DNA from: an uncultured Candidatus Saccharibacteria bacterium
GTDB taxonomy: Bacteria; Patescibacteriota; Saccharimonadia; CAILAD01; BJGX01
Length of the DNA stretch: 64,000 nt
Reading direction: 5' to 3'
NCBI GenBank assembly: GCA_964610335.1
Contig: CAZSVP010000003.1
Coordinates: forward strand, 141,531 to 205,530
Shown here: piece by piece, positions 36,572-47,509 of the stretch
How positions within the stretch are numbered: the first letter of the stretch is position 1
How the letters are laid out: the number at the start of each line of letters is the position of its first letter
The notes under the pieces: generated by a model
Database searches by the model: none
The model's input: only the letters and a program-made list of their open reading frames with translations
What the model was told of the DNA's origin: nothing
Position numbers and translations under genes: made by a program

Positions 36572-39310
36572 ATGCAAGAATTTTTTTCAATTATCGCCAA
36601 TATTATCAACCTGCTTGGTACTGTTTTGTTCCGCTACTGGGGCTGGACTGTCGTAGCAGCTATTCTGGCGTATTTAATCTGGCAGAATCGGCGTAAAATC
36701 GAATATGTAAGTACCAGTGAGCACATACTTTTACAGATAATTGTGCCTAAGAACAACGAGCAAAAAGAGCTCAACGCCGAACAAATGTTTGCCGCTCTGC
36801 ATGGGATACTGCGCCCGAGCGCTGAAATACAAAAAGAAGGCAGTATCCAAGAACACATCAGTTTTGAAATAGCAGCACAAGGCAACAAGATACATTTCTA
36901 TGTGTGGACCCCAAAGCACCTCAAGTCATTTGTAGAAAGCCAGGTTTACGCACAGTATCCAACAGTTCAGATCTATGAAATGGACCAAGACTATGCAGTA
37001 ACCGCGCTGAACAACCGAGTACCATATAGCACAGATCTAGTTCTCACCAAAGACGAAATATTTCCTATCAAAACATTCCCTAGTTTTGAAGTAGATCCAC
37101 TAGCAGGCATGACCACGGCATTGGCCTCACTTAGTGAGCAAGAAGAAATGTGGATACAGGTACTATTGAGACCGACTGACGATAGTTGGCACAAAAAGTC
37201 ACTGAATTACGTTGAAGAGATCCGTACTGGCAAGAAGAATGTATCCCTTTCTCAACTGTTACTCGGCGACTGGAAAAAAAAGTTGGTACAGGCGCCATTT
37301 GCATTCTTGGGTGCCTTGTTTAACGCTGCCTTCAAACCTGTTGGTGGTGGCGACAAGAAAGATGAAAAGAAAGAAAAGAAGGAGCTTAGTCCAGGTACTA
37401 CTACCATGCTAACTGCTGTTGAAACTAAGGCCGAAAAGCTTGGTTATGAAACACGAATTCGAGCAATGTATCTTGGTACCAGCGACGACAACGCCAAAAC
37501 TCGTATACAAGCGTTGGTTGGTGGTTTTAAGCAGTTTAATACAATCAACCTCAATGGTTTCACCAACGATGGCATCCACGCTGGTGAAGAAGGGTTACGG
37601 GACTATCGAGCACGATTGTTCGACAGTAAAGGGTACGTGCTCAATATCGAAGAAGTAGCTAGTCTTTACCATTTGCCCCATGTCTCGGTTGAGACTCCTG
37701 GAGTTGCATATACCAATACCAAAGTGGGGGAGCCTCCAGCCAATCTGCCAACACAGCTCAACACACCACCCGAAGCCCTTAGCTTAATCGGCAGTACCAA
37801 TTTCCGACAAGCCAATATCAAGTTTGGTATCAAGCGCACTGATCGCAAACGTCATCTATACATAGTAGGTAAAAGTGGCGTAGGTAAGTCATTCTTGCTT
37901 GAGCTACTTGCAATTTCTGACCTATACCACAATCAAGGCTTTGCAGTAGTTGACCCACATGGTGACTTTGCCCAAAACATCATGAAGTATTTGCCTAAAG
38001 AGCGTATTGACGATGTTGTTTACTTCAACCCAGCTGACACTGAATTTCCTATTGGATTTAATCCAATGGAAGTCCAAGATGAATTCAGACGAAACAATAT
38101 AGCCTCTGAGATCATAGGTGTACTTAAGAAAATGTTTGGTGATAGCTGGGGACCACGCCTTGAACATATTCTTCGTTTTACACTACTGGCACTACTTGAG
38201 AGCCCTGATAGTACCATGCTAGGCATCACACGTATGCTTACCGATAAGAAATATCGCAATGAAGTAGTCAAAAACGTTACCGACCCTGTAGTAAAAGCCT
38301 TCTGGGTCAATGAGTTTGCCGCCTGGAACGACAAGTTTGCCTCTGAAGCTGTGGCTCCAGTATTGAACAAAGTCGGTGCATTTACGGCCAACCCACTAAT
38401 TCGTAATGTAATTGGTCAGACCAAGAGTACGTTTAATATACGTGAGATGATGGACCAAGGTAAGATCTTAATAGTTGATCTCAGCCGAGGCCGCATTGGT
38501 GAAGACAACGCAGGTATCTTAGGCGCATTACTAATTACCAAGATTCAACTCGATGCCATGAGTCGTGCTGACATAGGTGATATAGAAGCCCGTCGACCAT
38601 TCTATCTATATGTTGATGAATTTCAGAATTTTGCGACCGAAAGTTTTGCAGTTATTCTTTCTGAAGCTCGTAAATACGGCCTATTCCTCACTATTGCTAA
38701 CCAGTACATTGCCCAAATGCCGGAAGAAGTACGTGATGCCGTATTTGGTAACGTTGGTTCCATGATATCATTCCGCGTTGGCGCCGATGATGCCGACTAC
38801 CTTACCAAGTATTTTGAACCGGTATTCGAAGCTGCAGACCTTACCAATCTAGGTATACAAAACATCTATGTCACTATGAGTATAGATGGTGAAACCTCCC
38901 AGCCGTTCTCAGCCAAGACACTACACCGACCAGAGTCTCAGCAAGATCTGACAGCAACAATCATTGAGCACTCACGCCATCGCTACACCAAATCAAAAGC
39001 CGAGGTGGAAGCCGAGATAGTAGCCTGGAGCGGATTTAGTTCAGGAAGTGACGACTCTAAACAGTCAACTCACGATACTGGTGGCCACGACAAACCAACT
39101 GATCAGCCCAAAGAACCACTTATACCTGTGGTAGATCATAAACCGAACTTAATTGGCGTAGAGCCCAAAAAATATTCTGAGGAATACAAAAAACGCGCCC
39201 CTCGTGCACAAGGGCAAGGCTCGAACCGACAACAAAGCAGTAACAAAAACGAATCCGGCAAGAGCTCAAATAATCGTCGCAGACGGCCAAGAAACCGCAA
39301 TAGTAAGTAA
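36572..39310 (+). CDS. VirD4/TraG/TraD-like type IV coupling-protein-family ATPase (FtsK/HerA superfamily), 912 aa
   Basis: N-terminal TM helices, Walker A IVGKSGVGKS, Walker B-like YLYVDEFQNF, TIANQY motif; basic low-complexity C-terminal tail. Confidence 0.6.
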   Translation: MQEFFSIIANIINLLGTVLFRYWGWTVVAAILAYLIWQNRRKIEYVSTSEHILLQIIVPKNNEQKELNAEQMFAALHGILRPSAEIQKEGSIQEHISFEIAAQGNKIHFYVWTPKHLKSFVESQVYAQYPTVQIYEMDQDYAVTALNNRVPYSTDLVLTKDEIFPIKTFPSFEVDPLAGMTTALASLSEQEEMWIQVLLRPTDDSWHKKSLNYVEEIRTGKKNVSLSQLLLGDWKKKLVQAPFAFLGALFNAAFKPVGGGDKKDEKKEKKELSPGTTTMLTAVETKAEKLGYETRIRAMYLGTSDDNAKTRIQALVGGFKQFNTINLNGFTNDGIHAGEEGLRDYRARLFDSKGYVLNIEEVASLYHLPHVSVETPGVAYTNTKVGEPPANLPTQLNTPPEALSLIGSTNFRQANIKFGIKRTDRKRHLYIVGKSGVGKSFLLELLAISDLYHNQGFAVVDPHGDFAQNIMKYLPKERIDDVVYFNPADTEFPIGFNPMEVQDEFRRNNIASEIIGVLKKMFGDSWGPRLEHILRFTLLALLESPDSTMLGITRMLTDKKYRNEVVKNVTDPVVKAFWVNEFAAWNDKFASEAVAPVLNKVGAFTANPLIRNVIGQTKSTFNIREMMDQGKILIVDLSRGRIGEDNAGILGALLITKIQLDAMSRADIGDIEARRPFYLYVDEFQNFATESFAVILSEARKYGLFLTIANQYIAQMPEEVRDAVFGNVGSMISFRVGADDADYLTKYFEPVFEAADLTNLGIQNIYVTMSIDGETSQPFSAKTLHRPESQQDLTATIIEHSRHRYTKSKAEVEAEIVAWSGFSSGSDDSKQSTHDTGGHDKPTDQPKEPLIPVVDHKPNLIGVEPKKYSEEYKKRAPRAQGQGSNRQQSSNKNESGKSSNNRRRRPRNRNSK

Positions 39311-39832
39311 AGACTTGCTAAGTGGTAAGAAGTTTTAGTAAACAAATAGAGTCAATATATAGACGACAGGGCTAAACTGCTTATGCTAGGCAATAGTATA
39401 GTAGTGAAGATGGTGTAACATACATGATTGGCTATGTATTGCTTAGTCGCACAATGTATATTTTACGTACTAATATATACATATAGCTGTAATCAATGTA
39501 GATTCTAAATATTCATAACTTGCCTATATGTTTCTATCAATACTACTAGAAACAGTAGTTAATCGCACAGCTTGGTTGATACTCTATACTCGAAACTATC
39601 TGCATTAACAAGTGCTTCTCTAGTATAAACAAAAACCGAACTTAATTGTGTAGAAAAGTTACTTATTGGGCTTGTAACTGCAACACATGATTGGGCATCA
39701 AGTACTAGTGTTTCCGTGCTAATGTTTACAATTTCCTAATGCAAAGTATACATCACGTTAACTCTCTTATTCGTACAGCCCTTTTCGTGTTAAAATTGTG
39801 CGTCACTTGACTTTTGAATGACTATATTGCTT

Positions 39833-40636
39833 TTATTTATAGAAGGCTCTATTATCTATTCTGACATCAATATATTCGTTGATTTTTTTACCTTGTTTCT
39901 TGGTAAGCTCTAGTACAGCCTTGAGATCGCGCAATTGGTTGGTACTTGGTCGTGAAGTGTCGAATTTTATTCGGTATCCGCTACTAGTGAGGGCAGAAAG
40001 TTCATACGTGGTATCATAAATATCATAGTTGTTTATTGACCCTACTATAGCTGGGAGCTCAGCATTTATTTCACGGACAAATTTCACAAACTGTTCAGAT
40101 GCTACTTGTTGTCCTTCATGCAACGGGATATTAGAGTTATCCACAACTTGGGCAAATTGACTATCATCTTGCGTCACTGCACGAAACGCTCTCCCATCAT
40201 CACTTATAGCGAAGTTCTCAACGCCACTGCGCCATCGCAACTGCGCGTGATGCAGCTGAACTACTGCGACTAGTTTTAACGGGATGCTCAAGCGTATATG
40301 AATAGACTCGATCAAGGGGTTTTGTTTCAGCGCTGTTTGTTCGATCTGTTTTGTATTGAGGCTAAACAAATTCCCCGAAAATAAGTTCTCACTCAGTTGG
40401 AGTTGGATATTCTTCTTTACATCCTGAGCAGTGGCGCCCTCTACTCCTTCGACTGTTACCTCTTTTACCTTAAGTAATGTTGTGCCTAAAACAATATAGA
40501 TTCCAGTCAGTACCAAGACAATTGTCAGTACAATGCGTACGATACTCCACATTCGAATTGGTGTACGAGGTGCCTTCTTGAGTGGCTTGTTAAACGAAAT
40601 ATTGGAGTTACGTACCACCCGCCTTTGTGAATTCAT
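39833..40636 (-). CDS. ftsQ: cell division protein FtsQ/DivIB-like (POTRA)
   Basis: Single N-terminal TM, POTRA-like VKEVTVEGVEG; last gene of dcw cluster. Confidence 0.6.
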   Translation of the reverse strand: MNSQRRVVRNSNISFNKPLKKAPRTPIRMWSIVRIVLTIVLVLTGIYIVLGTTLLKVKEVTVEGVEGATAQDVKKNIQLQLSENLFSGNLFSLNTKQIEQTALKQNPLIESIHIRLSIPLKLVAVVQLHHAQLRWRSGVENFAISDDGRAFRAVTQDDSQFAQVVDNSNIPLHEGQQVASEQFVKFVREINAELPAIVGSINNYDIYDTTYELSALTSSGYRIKFDTSRPSTNQLRDLKAVLELTKKQGKKINEYIDVRIDNRAFYK

Positions 40637-41778
40637 GCATGCTTCCCTGTTTTCGCAGATTGATTGATCAGAGCAACAATAGCTTGTGCCGATTTAGGCT
40701 GGTAAAGTTTGCCAAGATTGAGTAGTAAATGTGACATCTCAGCCGGACGATCTAAAACACGATCTATACTTGCCCGAATAGCGACCAAACTAATCTCTTC
40801 TTGGCGGAAGATTCTTGCAGCCCCAAGACTCTCCAGTACTTGGGCATTTTGCCACTGATGGCGATTGCTCACTGGAGCAACTACAATGGGAACAATCTCG
40901 TTGGCTGCTAGTTCCATAATTGTATTCACACCCGGTCGAGTGATCGCTACATCAGCCATCGCATAGAGCTGGCGTATTTGATCAGCATCCACAAATCCAA
41001 AAACTTCATAATTTTGCTGTTGTTCGGGAGTTAGCCTGCTACGATGCACCCTAGCCAATTCAATGTCCTGCTTCCCTGTTATATGCAAGACCCTATACCC
41101 TTCTAACACCCGGTTCAGATTGTCAAAAATAAACTCATTGATGACATGTGCACCCTGCGATCCACCGATCACTAGAAGTGTAGGTTTGTCAGACATGCTA
41201 TGTTCGGTTTTTGTTTGTTTTTCAGCAATAACATCTGAGCGTACCGGGTTGCCAACATAATGAAGCTTGGAGCGCACAGCCTCGCTTAAACCTTTGTAGT
41301 ACTGTTTGGGAAAGCCGACACCTATAGCCGCAGCTTGCTTGAGTAACATCCGGTTACCCTTACCTATTTCAATATCCGACTCGTGCAATACAAGTGGTAT
41401 ATGTAGATGTGTAGCAGCCATGCCTACTGGCATTCCGACATTTCCTCCCTTCACCAATACAACATCTGGTTTGAACTGTCGTAGTTGACGACGAGCAGCA
41501 AGATAACCTTGTAAACTCCGTGAAGCATCTGCAGCGTTGCTAAACTGGGTTTTTACATCCAGCGCCTCGCGCATCGCACCACGATTGTAGCGGCGAAACT
41601 TGCCTGCTTTTACGCCCACGTACTTTACCCCTCGACTCTCGACGAGTTCACGTTCGGCATCACTCTGAGTACCTATGAACAAGATAATGTTGTTTGGGTC
41701 AGCCTTGAGTACGTCAAGCACGGCCAGTAGCGGTGTGATGTGCCCGCCGCTGCCGCCGCCCGAAAGGACGATTCGCAT
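40633..41778 (-). CDS. murG: UDP-GlcNAc:undecaprenyl-PP-MurNAc-pentapeptide GlcNAc transferase
   Basis: MRIVLSGGGSGGHITP MurG N-terminus with AAGGAG RBS 8 nt upstream; track ORF extends to 41862. Confidence 0.85.
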   Translation of the reverse strand: MRIVLSGGGSGGHITPLLAVLDVLKADPNNIILFIGTQSDAERELVESRGVKYVGVKAGKFRRYNRGAMREALDVKTQFSNAADASRSLQGYLAARRQLRQFKPDVVLVKGGNVGMPVGMAATHLHIPLVLHESDIEIGKGNRMLLKQAAAIGVGFPKQYYKGLSEAVRSKLHYVGNPVRSDVIAEKQTKTEHSMSDKPTLLVIGGSQGAHVINEFIFDNLNRVLEGYRVLHITGKQDIELARVHRSRLTPEQQQNYEVFGFVDADQIRQLYAMADVAITRPGVNTIMELAANEIVPIVVAPVSNRHQWQNAQVLESLGAARIFRQEEISLVAIRASIDRVLDRPAEMSHLLLNLGKLYQPKSAQAIVALINQSAKTGKHA

Positions 41779-42964
41779 GTCTAGTCTCCTTAGTTGAATA
41801 ACGTGAAATGTTTTGCAATATACCCACGGCGGCCAGTAATGCAAGCAAACTTGTACCGCCATAGCTGATAAACGGCAAAGTAATTCCGGTCAAGGGTATA
41901 ATACCAAGCATGGCAGCAATATTGATCGTTGCTTGAGCGCCGATCCAAATTGTAATACCAGCAGCTACAAGTCTGGCAAATTCATCTTGGGTACTTGCAA
42001 CTATGCGAAATCCACGATACACCAATAAGCCAACTAGCCCAATTACCACACTACATCCAAGTATGCCAAATTCTTCACCGATAATTGCGAATACTGAATC
42101 GTTGGTAGCTTCGGGTAAATATCCATAAGCTTGCAAGCTTTTGCCAATCCCGCGGCCGAACAAACCACCTGAGCCCAAGGCGATTAGAGCTTGGTTGATG
42201 TGGTAACTGGCACCAGATGGATCATCGCTATGGTTTAAAAATGTTAGCACTCGACTAAGTCGGTACGGGAATAGTAGCACCATAGCAACCGCCGAGCCCA
42301 GGGCTGCTCCTAGAGCTATAACAAAAAGTCGTATTTGCACACCACTCATCCAATACATACCAAATCCGATCATAGCGATAACCATAGCACTACCCATGTC
42401 GCGCTGGATAACTGTAACCAAGCCCGCCGATACAAATAACAAAATTAGAAACGGTAGTAAGCCTTCCAGCCAGCTTTTTACGTTTAACTTGCTATTATTC
42501 TTTTGTAACCAATGTGCCAAATACAGCACAAAACCCAGTTTAAAGAACTCAACTGGCTGAAAATTTAGAAACCCTATACGGACCCAGCGCGAAGCGCCAT
42601 TGATATTGACACCTATTTTTGGCACCAGCACCAAAAACATCAACCCAAGAGATATATAAAAGACATATGGTGCAGCTCGTCGTAACCAGCTGAGTGGTAT
42701 TTTTGTGCAAGCGTACCAAACAACCAAGCCTAGCCCGAAGCTCACCAATTGGTTGTAAAACAAACTATTACGGTCACTAGCCCCACCTGTTTGTTTGAGA
42801 ATACTTACCCAACCTGTGGAGTAAACCATTACCAAACCAATTGCTATTAGAGCCAGCACAATTACCGCTATTGAGTAGTCAACTCGACGTCCAACCAGTG
42901 GGGCTGGCTTGCGTAATTCCATGTTTCGTTTTTGGTCCAGCTTAACCTCCTCCCAGCAGCCCAA
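41714..42964 (-). CDS. ftsW: SEDS-family cell division protein FtsW
   Basis: About 10 TM helices, SEDS pattern; position between mraY and murG. Confidence 0.8.
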   Translation of the reverse strand: MGCWEEVKLDQKRNMELRKPAPLVGRRVDYSIAVIVLALIAIGLVMVYSTGWVSILKQTGGASDRNSLFYNQLVSFGLGLVVWYACTKIPLSWLRRAAPYVFYISLGLMFLVLVPKIGVNINGASRWVRIGFLNFQPVEFFKLGFVLYLAHWLQKNNSKLNVKSWLEGLLPFLILLFVSAGLVTVIQRDMGSAMVIAMIGFGMYWMSGVQIRLFVIALGAALGSAVAMVLLFPYRLSRVLTFLNHSDDPSGASYHINQALIALGSGGLFGRGIGKSLQAYGYLPEATNDSVFAIIGEEFGILGCSVVIGLVGLLVYRGFRIVASTQDEFARLVAAGITIWIGAQATINIAAMLGIIPLTGITLPFISYGGTSLLALLAAVGILQNISRYSTKETRHANRPFGRRQRRAHHTATGRA

Positions 42965-43976
42965 TCACCAAGCCTAGCCCTGCAAAAACGGCACCAATCA
43001 CCCAAAAACGCATAGTTACCTTGGTTTCAGGCCAACCTATTGCCTCAAAATGGTGGTGTATAGGAGCGGACAAAAAGATCTTACGATGAAATAGCTTCTT
43101 GCTAAGTATTTGTAGAGCGCTGGATCCACCTTCGAGTACGAATACGGCGCCGATAATTGGTAGTACAAGTACGGAGTTGGTTAACATGGCAACAATCCCC
43201 AGCGCAGTACCGAGTGCAAATGAGCCAGAATCGCCCATCATAAATCGCGCTGGGAATATGTTGAACCATGTATATGCAAGTATCGTACCAACAATTGCCA
43301 TACAGAATCCAGCAATTCCAACATTGCCTTGGATAAATGCGATAGCCGCAAAGGCTGCGAAAGCCATACTTAGTAACCCACCCGAAAGCCCATCCAAACC
43401 ATCGGTTATGTTAACAGCATTGGCGGTAGATACCACAACTAATATAAACAATGGTATATAGAGCCAGCCAATCTCAAAATTGCCAACAGCTGGTACGTGT
43501 ATTTGGCTATAGCCGAGTCGGAAGAAAAAGTAGGCCGCACCCAATACAGCCACTAGTAATATCAAGGTAAACTTCATTTTCGACCTTAGCCCAGCTACAC
43601 CCTTACCAGATCCTCTAATATTGATAATATCGTCGAGCAAGCCAACCATGCCTGCACCTAAGAAACCAAACAATGGTAGATATGTTTGGCTTCGGCTCCA
43701 ATTAAATGCCAGCGTCACTGTACTAACCGCGATTATCATAATAATACCTGCCATTGTGGGTATATTACGTTTGTGTTTGGCGGCGTGTAGCTTATGGAAT
43801 ATTGGTGCTTTCTCGCCTGTTGTTGCCGTTTCTCGAATTTGCTTCCATAGCTTAAGTTTGAATGCAAAGTGAGTATAGACTGGTGTAAGCAACATGCTTA
43901 ACACAAAACTGCCAAAGCACAAGGCAAATACAAACGCTAATTGATTGACACTGGTTTTTTCTAAGAATGCATACAT
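42942..43976 (-). CDS. mraY: phospho-N-acetylmuramoyl-pentapeptide transferase
   Basis: NAVNITDGLDGL and DDIINIRG MraY motifs. Confidence 0.9.
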   Translation of the reverse strand: MYAFLEKTSVNQLAFVFALCFGSFVLSMLLTPVYTHFAFKLKLWKQIRETATTGEKAPIFHKLHAAKHKRNIPTMAGIIMIIAVSTVTLAFNWSRSQTYLPLFGFLGAGMVGLLDDIINIRGSGKGVAGLRSKMKFTLILLVAVLGAAYFFFRLGYSQIHVPAVGNFEIGWLYIPLFILVVVSTANAVNITDGLDGLSGGLLSMAFAAFAAIAFIQGNVGIAGFCMAIVGTILAYTWFNIFPARFMMGDSGSFALGTALGIVAMLTNSVLVLPIIGAVFVLEGGSSALQILSKKLFHRKIFLSAPIHHHFEAIGWPETKVTMRFWVIGAVFAGLGLVIGLLGGG

Positions 43977-43997
43977 AGTGTATATATTATACCTGAA

Positions 43998-45749
43998 TTA
44001 GTCGGTTTTGGGCGGTATTTTGTAGTATGCAAACAACTCTCTTGCTACTGTTGCAAATGCCGGCACGGCAGTGCTTTCAGCAAATCCCTCAACCCTTGGA
44101 TAATCAATCCGAACCAGAATAATAAACTTAGGATCCTCAACAGGTGCAAACCCTACAAAACTACCTATATTCTTTTTCTCTTCATAGCCTTTACCATCAG
44201 CTCGTGGCACCTGGGCAGTACCGGTTTTACCAGCTATGCGATAACCCTTGGTTTTGGTTTGATAGCCAGAACCTTTCTCTACTACTGAAATCATCATATC
44301 AGCAACTGTAGCGGCCGCCTGGCTATCAATAACATCATCTGCTGCAACCTTTGGCTTTACTTCTACGATCTTGCCATCTGGTGATATAGTTTTACTAATT
44401 AGCTGTGGCTCGTAGCGTGTTCCACCATTGGCAATAGCCGCCACAGCGGATATCATTTGCATACTAGTAACACTAATACCTTGTCCAAAACTCATATTGG
44501 CGTAATCAATATCTGCAACCTTGGGTTGTTTGATGGGAGCATTGGCTTCACCTGCCTGAGCTATACCCGTTTTTTGGCCAAAGCCAAATTTTTGAAAGTA
44601 GTTGTACAATGCTTCTTTCGATTGCAAAGTTATCTTCTTAGGATCACTACCTAAGCTTTGTAGCACAAAAATTGCCCCTGTATTGAGAGATTTCTGTATC
44701 ACATCAGTCATGGTCTGAATACCAAATTTGTGATTCTCAGCGTTTTTGACTGTATAGCCGCTTATTTCTAACTCACCTTTGTCGTCGTATTTAGTATCTG
44801 GTTTCACTTTTCCAGCATCTATACCTGCAGCCATGGTGATGACTTTGAAGCCCGAACCTGGCTCAAATAAGCTCGACACAGCTGAGTTGGTGAAATTTCG
44901 ATATTGGTCGCTAGCGACCTGGCCGTAATTGTTGGGATCAAAGTCTGGGTAGTTTACCAGTGCCTTTATGGCACCAGTCTTGGGATCCATCACAATAATA
45001 CTACCTGATTCTGCCTTATTGTTTTGTACCGCAGCACTTAGTGCATCATGTGCCAATGACTGGATTTTACGATCCAAAGTCAACACATATGATTGACCAT
45101 CTTGTGAGCTCTGAGCGATGTTCTCCGTACTTGTAATCGGCACCCCCAAACTATCAGTCACTGCTTTAAGCAAACCATCTTTGCCATGTAACTGCGTTTC
45201 GTGATACTGTTCAATACCGTACTGTCCCTCACCGTCACTATTAACATATCCTAGTACATGAGAAAACAAATTTGATTCTGGATAGTAGCGACCTGCGCGA
45301 GGCACCACAAACAAACCCGCCAGTTTTAGGTCCTTGATAGCCTGGGCAGTGTCGTAGTTGACGCCCTTCTTGAATTCAACGTACCGGCCATTGGCACCGG
45401 CTTTGAGTTTTTGTTGTAGCTTGTCTACCGGCTCCTGTAGGACCTTGCTCAGCTGTTCTGCGGCAGCAGACTGGTCTTTGATGAACTTAGGGTCGCCGGC
45501 CACAACAAATTGTTGCTGATTAAGCGCTATTGGGTACAGACCATCAGATTCTTCAAGATATATTTGCCCACGAGCCGCTGGTATCTCGAACTGTCGATAC
45601 TGTTGACGTGCAGCCTGCGCAACATATTTATTGTGTTGCCACAACTGCACATAGCTAAGTCGAATAAAAATTGCAGCAAGCATGACGCCAAAAAAGATTG
45701 CAAGTACAAGCAATCTTTTGCGGTGTTTTTGTTCTGCCGCTACCGGCAT
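43998..45749 (-). CDS. ftsI: penicillin-binding protein 3 / transpeptidase FtsI
   Basis: N-terminal TM, dimerisation domain, SxxK (SGFK), SxN, KTGT motifs. Confidence 0.85.
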   Translation of the reverse strand: MPVAAEQKHRKRLLVLAIFFGVMLAAIFIRLSYVQLWQHNKYVAQAARQQYRQFEIPAARGQIYLEESDGLYPIALNQQQFVVAGDPKFIKDQSAAAEQLSKVLQEPVDKLQQKLKAGANGRYVEFKKGVNYDTAQAIKDLKLAGLFVVPRAGRYYPESNLFSHVLGYVNSDGEGQYGIEQYHETQLHGKDGLLKAVTDSLGVPITSTENIAQSSQDGQSYVLTLDRKIQSLAHDALSAAVQNNKAESGSIIVMDPKTGAIKALVNYPDFDPNNYGQVASDQYRNFTNSAVSSLFEPGSGFKVITMAAGIDAGKVKPDTKYDDKGELEISGYTVKNAENHKFGIQTMTDVIQKSLNTGAIFVLQSLGSDPKKITLQSKEALYNYFQKFGFGQKTGIAQAGEANAPIKQPKVADIDYANMSFGQGISVTSMQMISAVAAIANGGTRYEPQLISKTISPDGKIVEVKPKVAADDVIDSQAAATVADMMISVVEKGSGYQTKTKGYRIAGKTGTAQVPRADGKGYEEKKNIGSFVGFAPVEDPKFIILVRIDYPRVEGFAESTAVPAFATVARELFAYYKIPPKTD

Positions 45750-45751
45750 GG

Positions 45752-46069
45752 CTACTTAGTGTATTGGTAGTTTCCGGCTGGGCTGAGGTTGGCAGCAGTA
45801 CGGCTTTTGAGCTCACTAACAGATTGTAAGCGGGCAGCCTCTACTTCCAAGCGTTGTTGTTGGGCAATAAGTTCAGTCTTACTGTTGGACAACTGGGAAA
45901 CACGATAATTAAATGTTGAGGTTTTGGTCACCTGATTAAGATATAACAACGCTAGTACAATCACAAGTCCGATTAGCAATACCGTAGATGTCACCGGCCC
46001 TGCTTGTACCATAGTAGCAGTACGAGTAAGGTTTTGATTGCGCTTGAGCCCTAGGCTGGCTGTTGTCAT
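45752..46069 (-). CDS. ftsL: FtsL-like small bitopic division protein
   Basis: 105 aa, one TM helix then coiled-coil; position between rsmH and ftsI. Confidence 0.5.
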   Translation of the reverse strand: MTTASLGLKRNQNLTRTATMVQAGPVTSTVLLIGLVIVLALLYLNQVTKTSTFNYRVSQLSNSKTELIAQQQRLEVEAARLQSVSELKSRTAANLSPAGNYQYTK

Positions 46070-46283
46070 TTGGTTTTGCTCCTTTTTGTTTGAAAATTTT
46101 TGTTTTTGTTTTTGTGTTTGTCTTTTTTTTGCAGTGTTCCCTGATGTTTTACGTGTTTTGGTTTACTAGTTTGTAGGCCTTAGCCTTTTTTGACGACGCG
46201 TACTTTGAGGCGTCGAGCCCGTGGGCTTTCGTTTTTGATCACGAGTGTCATAAGAGTTGTAACCCTCCTTATGGTTTTTTGTG

Positions 46284-47192
46284 TTAGTTTATCTTCTCAA
46301 CGACTCGCAGCCTGGCGCTGCGGGCACGTGGATTAGTGTTGTCAAATTGTTCGCCCTTGATAGGACGGCTGGTAACCTTGACAAATGATGCAAACTGCTC
46401 GATCGCTCCGCGTTCGTTACGAGTTGGTGTTGTCCATTCTCGAAACGTATGCTTTACAAGTCGATCTTCGCCGCTGTGAAAACTGATTATTGCTACCCTT
46501 CCACCAATTGCTAGCAGGTTGGGGATATTTCCTAGCAGCTGCTGAAGCTGAGTCAACTCTTGGTTGACTTCCATCCGAAGCGCTTGAAAAAACTTGGTAG
46601 CAGGATCAATTTTCCGCTCTCTTGCGTGTACCACACTACTTATGAGGAGTTGCAGTTGATGGGTGCTGGTGATTGGTTGTACTTGTCTCTGCGTCACTAT
46701 GGCATGTGCGACTGCTTTGGACTGTGGGTGTTGCCCATATGTCCGAAAAAGCTGTGTCAGCTCGGCCTCGCTGTAAGTGTTAACAATGTCAGATGCGGAT
46801 ATTGGATTGCGCTGATCCATCCGCATGTCTAGCGGTCCATCTAGCTTGAAGCTAAACCCTCGATCTGCTTCGCCGAGCTGCTTGGAGCTTACTCCAAGGT
46901 CCGCGATCACTATGTCGAGTGGTTGGCCTACGTCAGCTAAACTCAGTTGACCAAAAGGTTTATGGAGCAAATGACAATTAGCTTGGCCATGAAATTTCTG
47001 GCGTAAGTAATTGATTGCGTCATGATCCTGGTCATTGAGATAGCCAACACCTGTAGATGAAACTGCTTTAAAAAGTAGTTCACTGTGTCCGCCGTAACCG
47101 GCGGTACAATCCAAGAACCGTTGCCCATGAGTTGGCTTTACCAACTCAATAAGCTTGTGGCTCAATACCGGAATGTGTGGTGTTTGCATCAT
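46284..47192 (-). CDS. rsmH: 16S rRNA m4C1402 methyltransferase
   Basis: RsmH pattern IPVLSHKLIELV, DCTAGYGGHSE, SFHSGEDR. Confidence 0.85.
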   Translation of the reverse strand: MMQTPHIPVLSHKLIELVKPTHGQRFLDCTAGYGGHSELLFKAVSSTGVGYLNDQDHDAINYLRQKFHGQANCHLLHKPFGQLSLADVGQPLDIVIADLGVSSKQLGEADRGFSFKLDGPLDMRMDQRNPISASDIVNTYSEAELTQLFRTYGQHPQSKAVAHAIVTQRQVQPITSTHQLQLLISSVVHARERKIDPATKFFQALRMEVNQELTQLQQLLGNIPNLLAIGGRVAIISFHSGEDRLVKHTFREWTTPTRNERGAIEQFASFVKVTSRPIKGEQFDNTNPRARSARLRVVEKIN

Positions 47193-47509
47193 ATGTCAAG
47201 GTTACCTATTCAGCAGCCAGCTGTTTTGTCATTTTTGTTTTTGTCGAAAAAGAGTTAAATACAAAGCGCCGCTCAAAGTTTGAACGGTAGCTTGTACGTA
47301 AGTGGCAAGGACTTAAGTTGAGATAAGTCCTTATAGTGAGAGAGAGTTGGTGTGTGAGGTGGAGTTTTTGGTTCACAGGTTCTAGGGTAAATTTATAAGC
47401 GTCACCCTCCAGAAACGCTCACTGACTGCCGAATAGCTAACTTTGGTTTTGATGTTTGTTGTTTGTTTTGGTTTGTAAAAGTACTTGGCTTTGGTGCCCT
47501 TCAGCTAGT

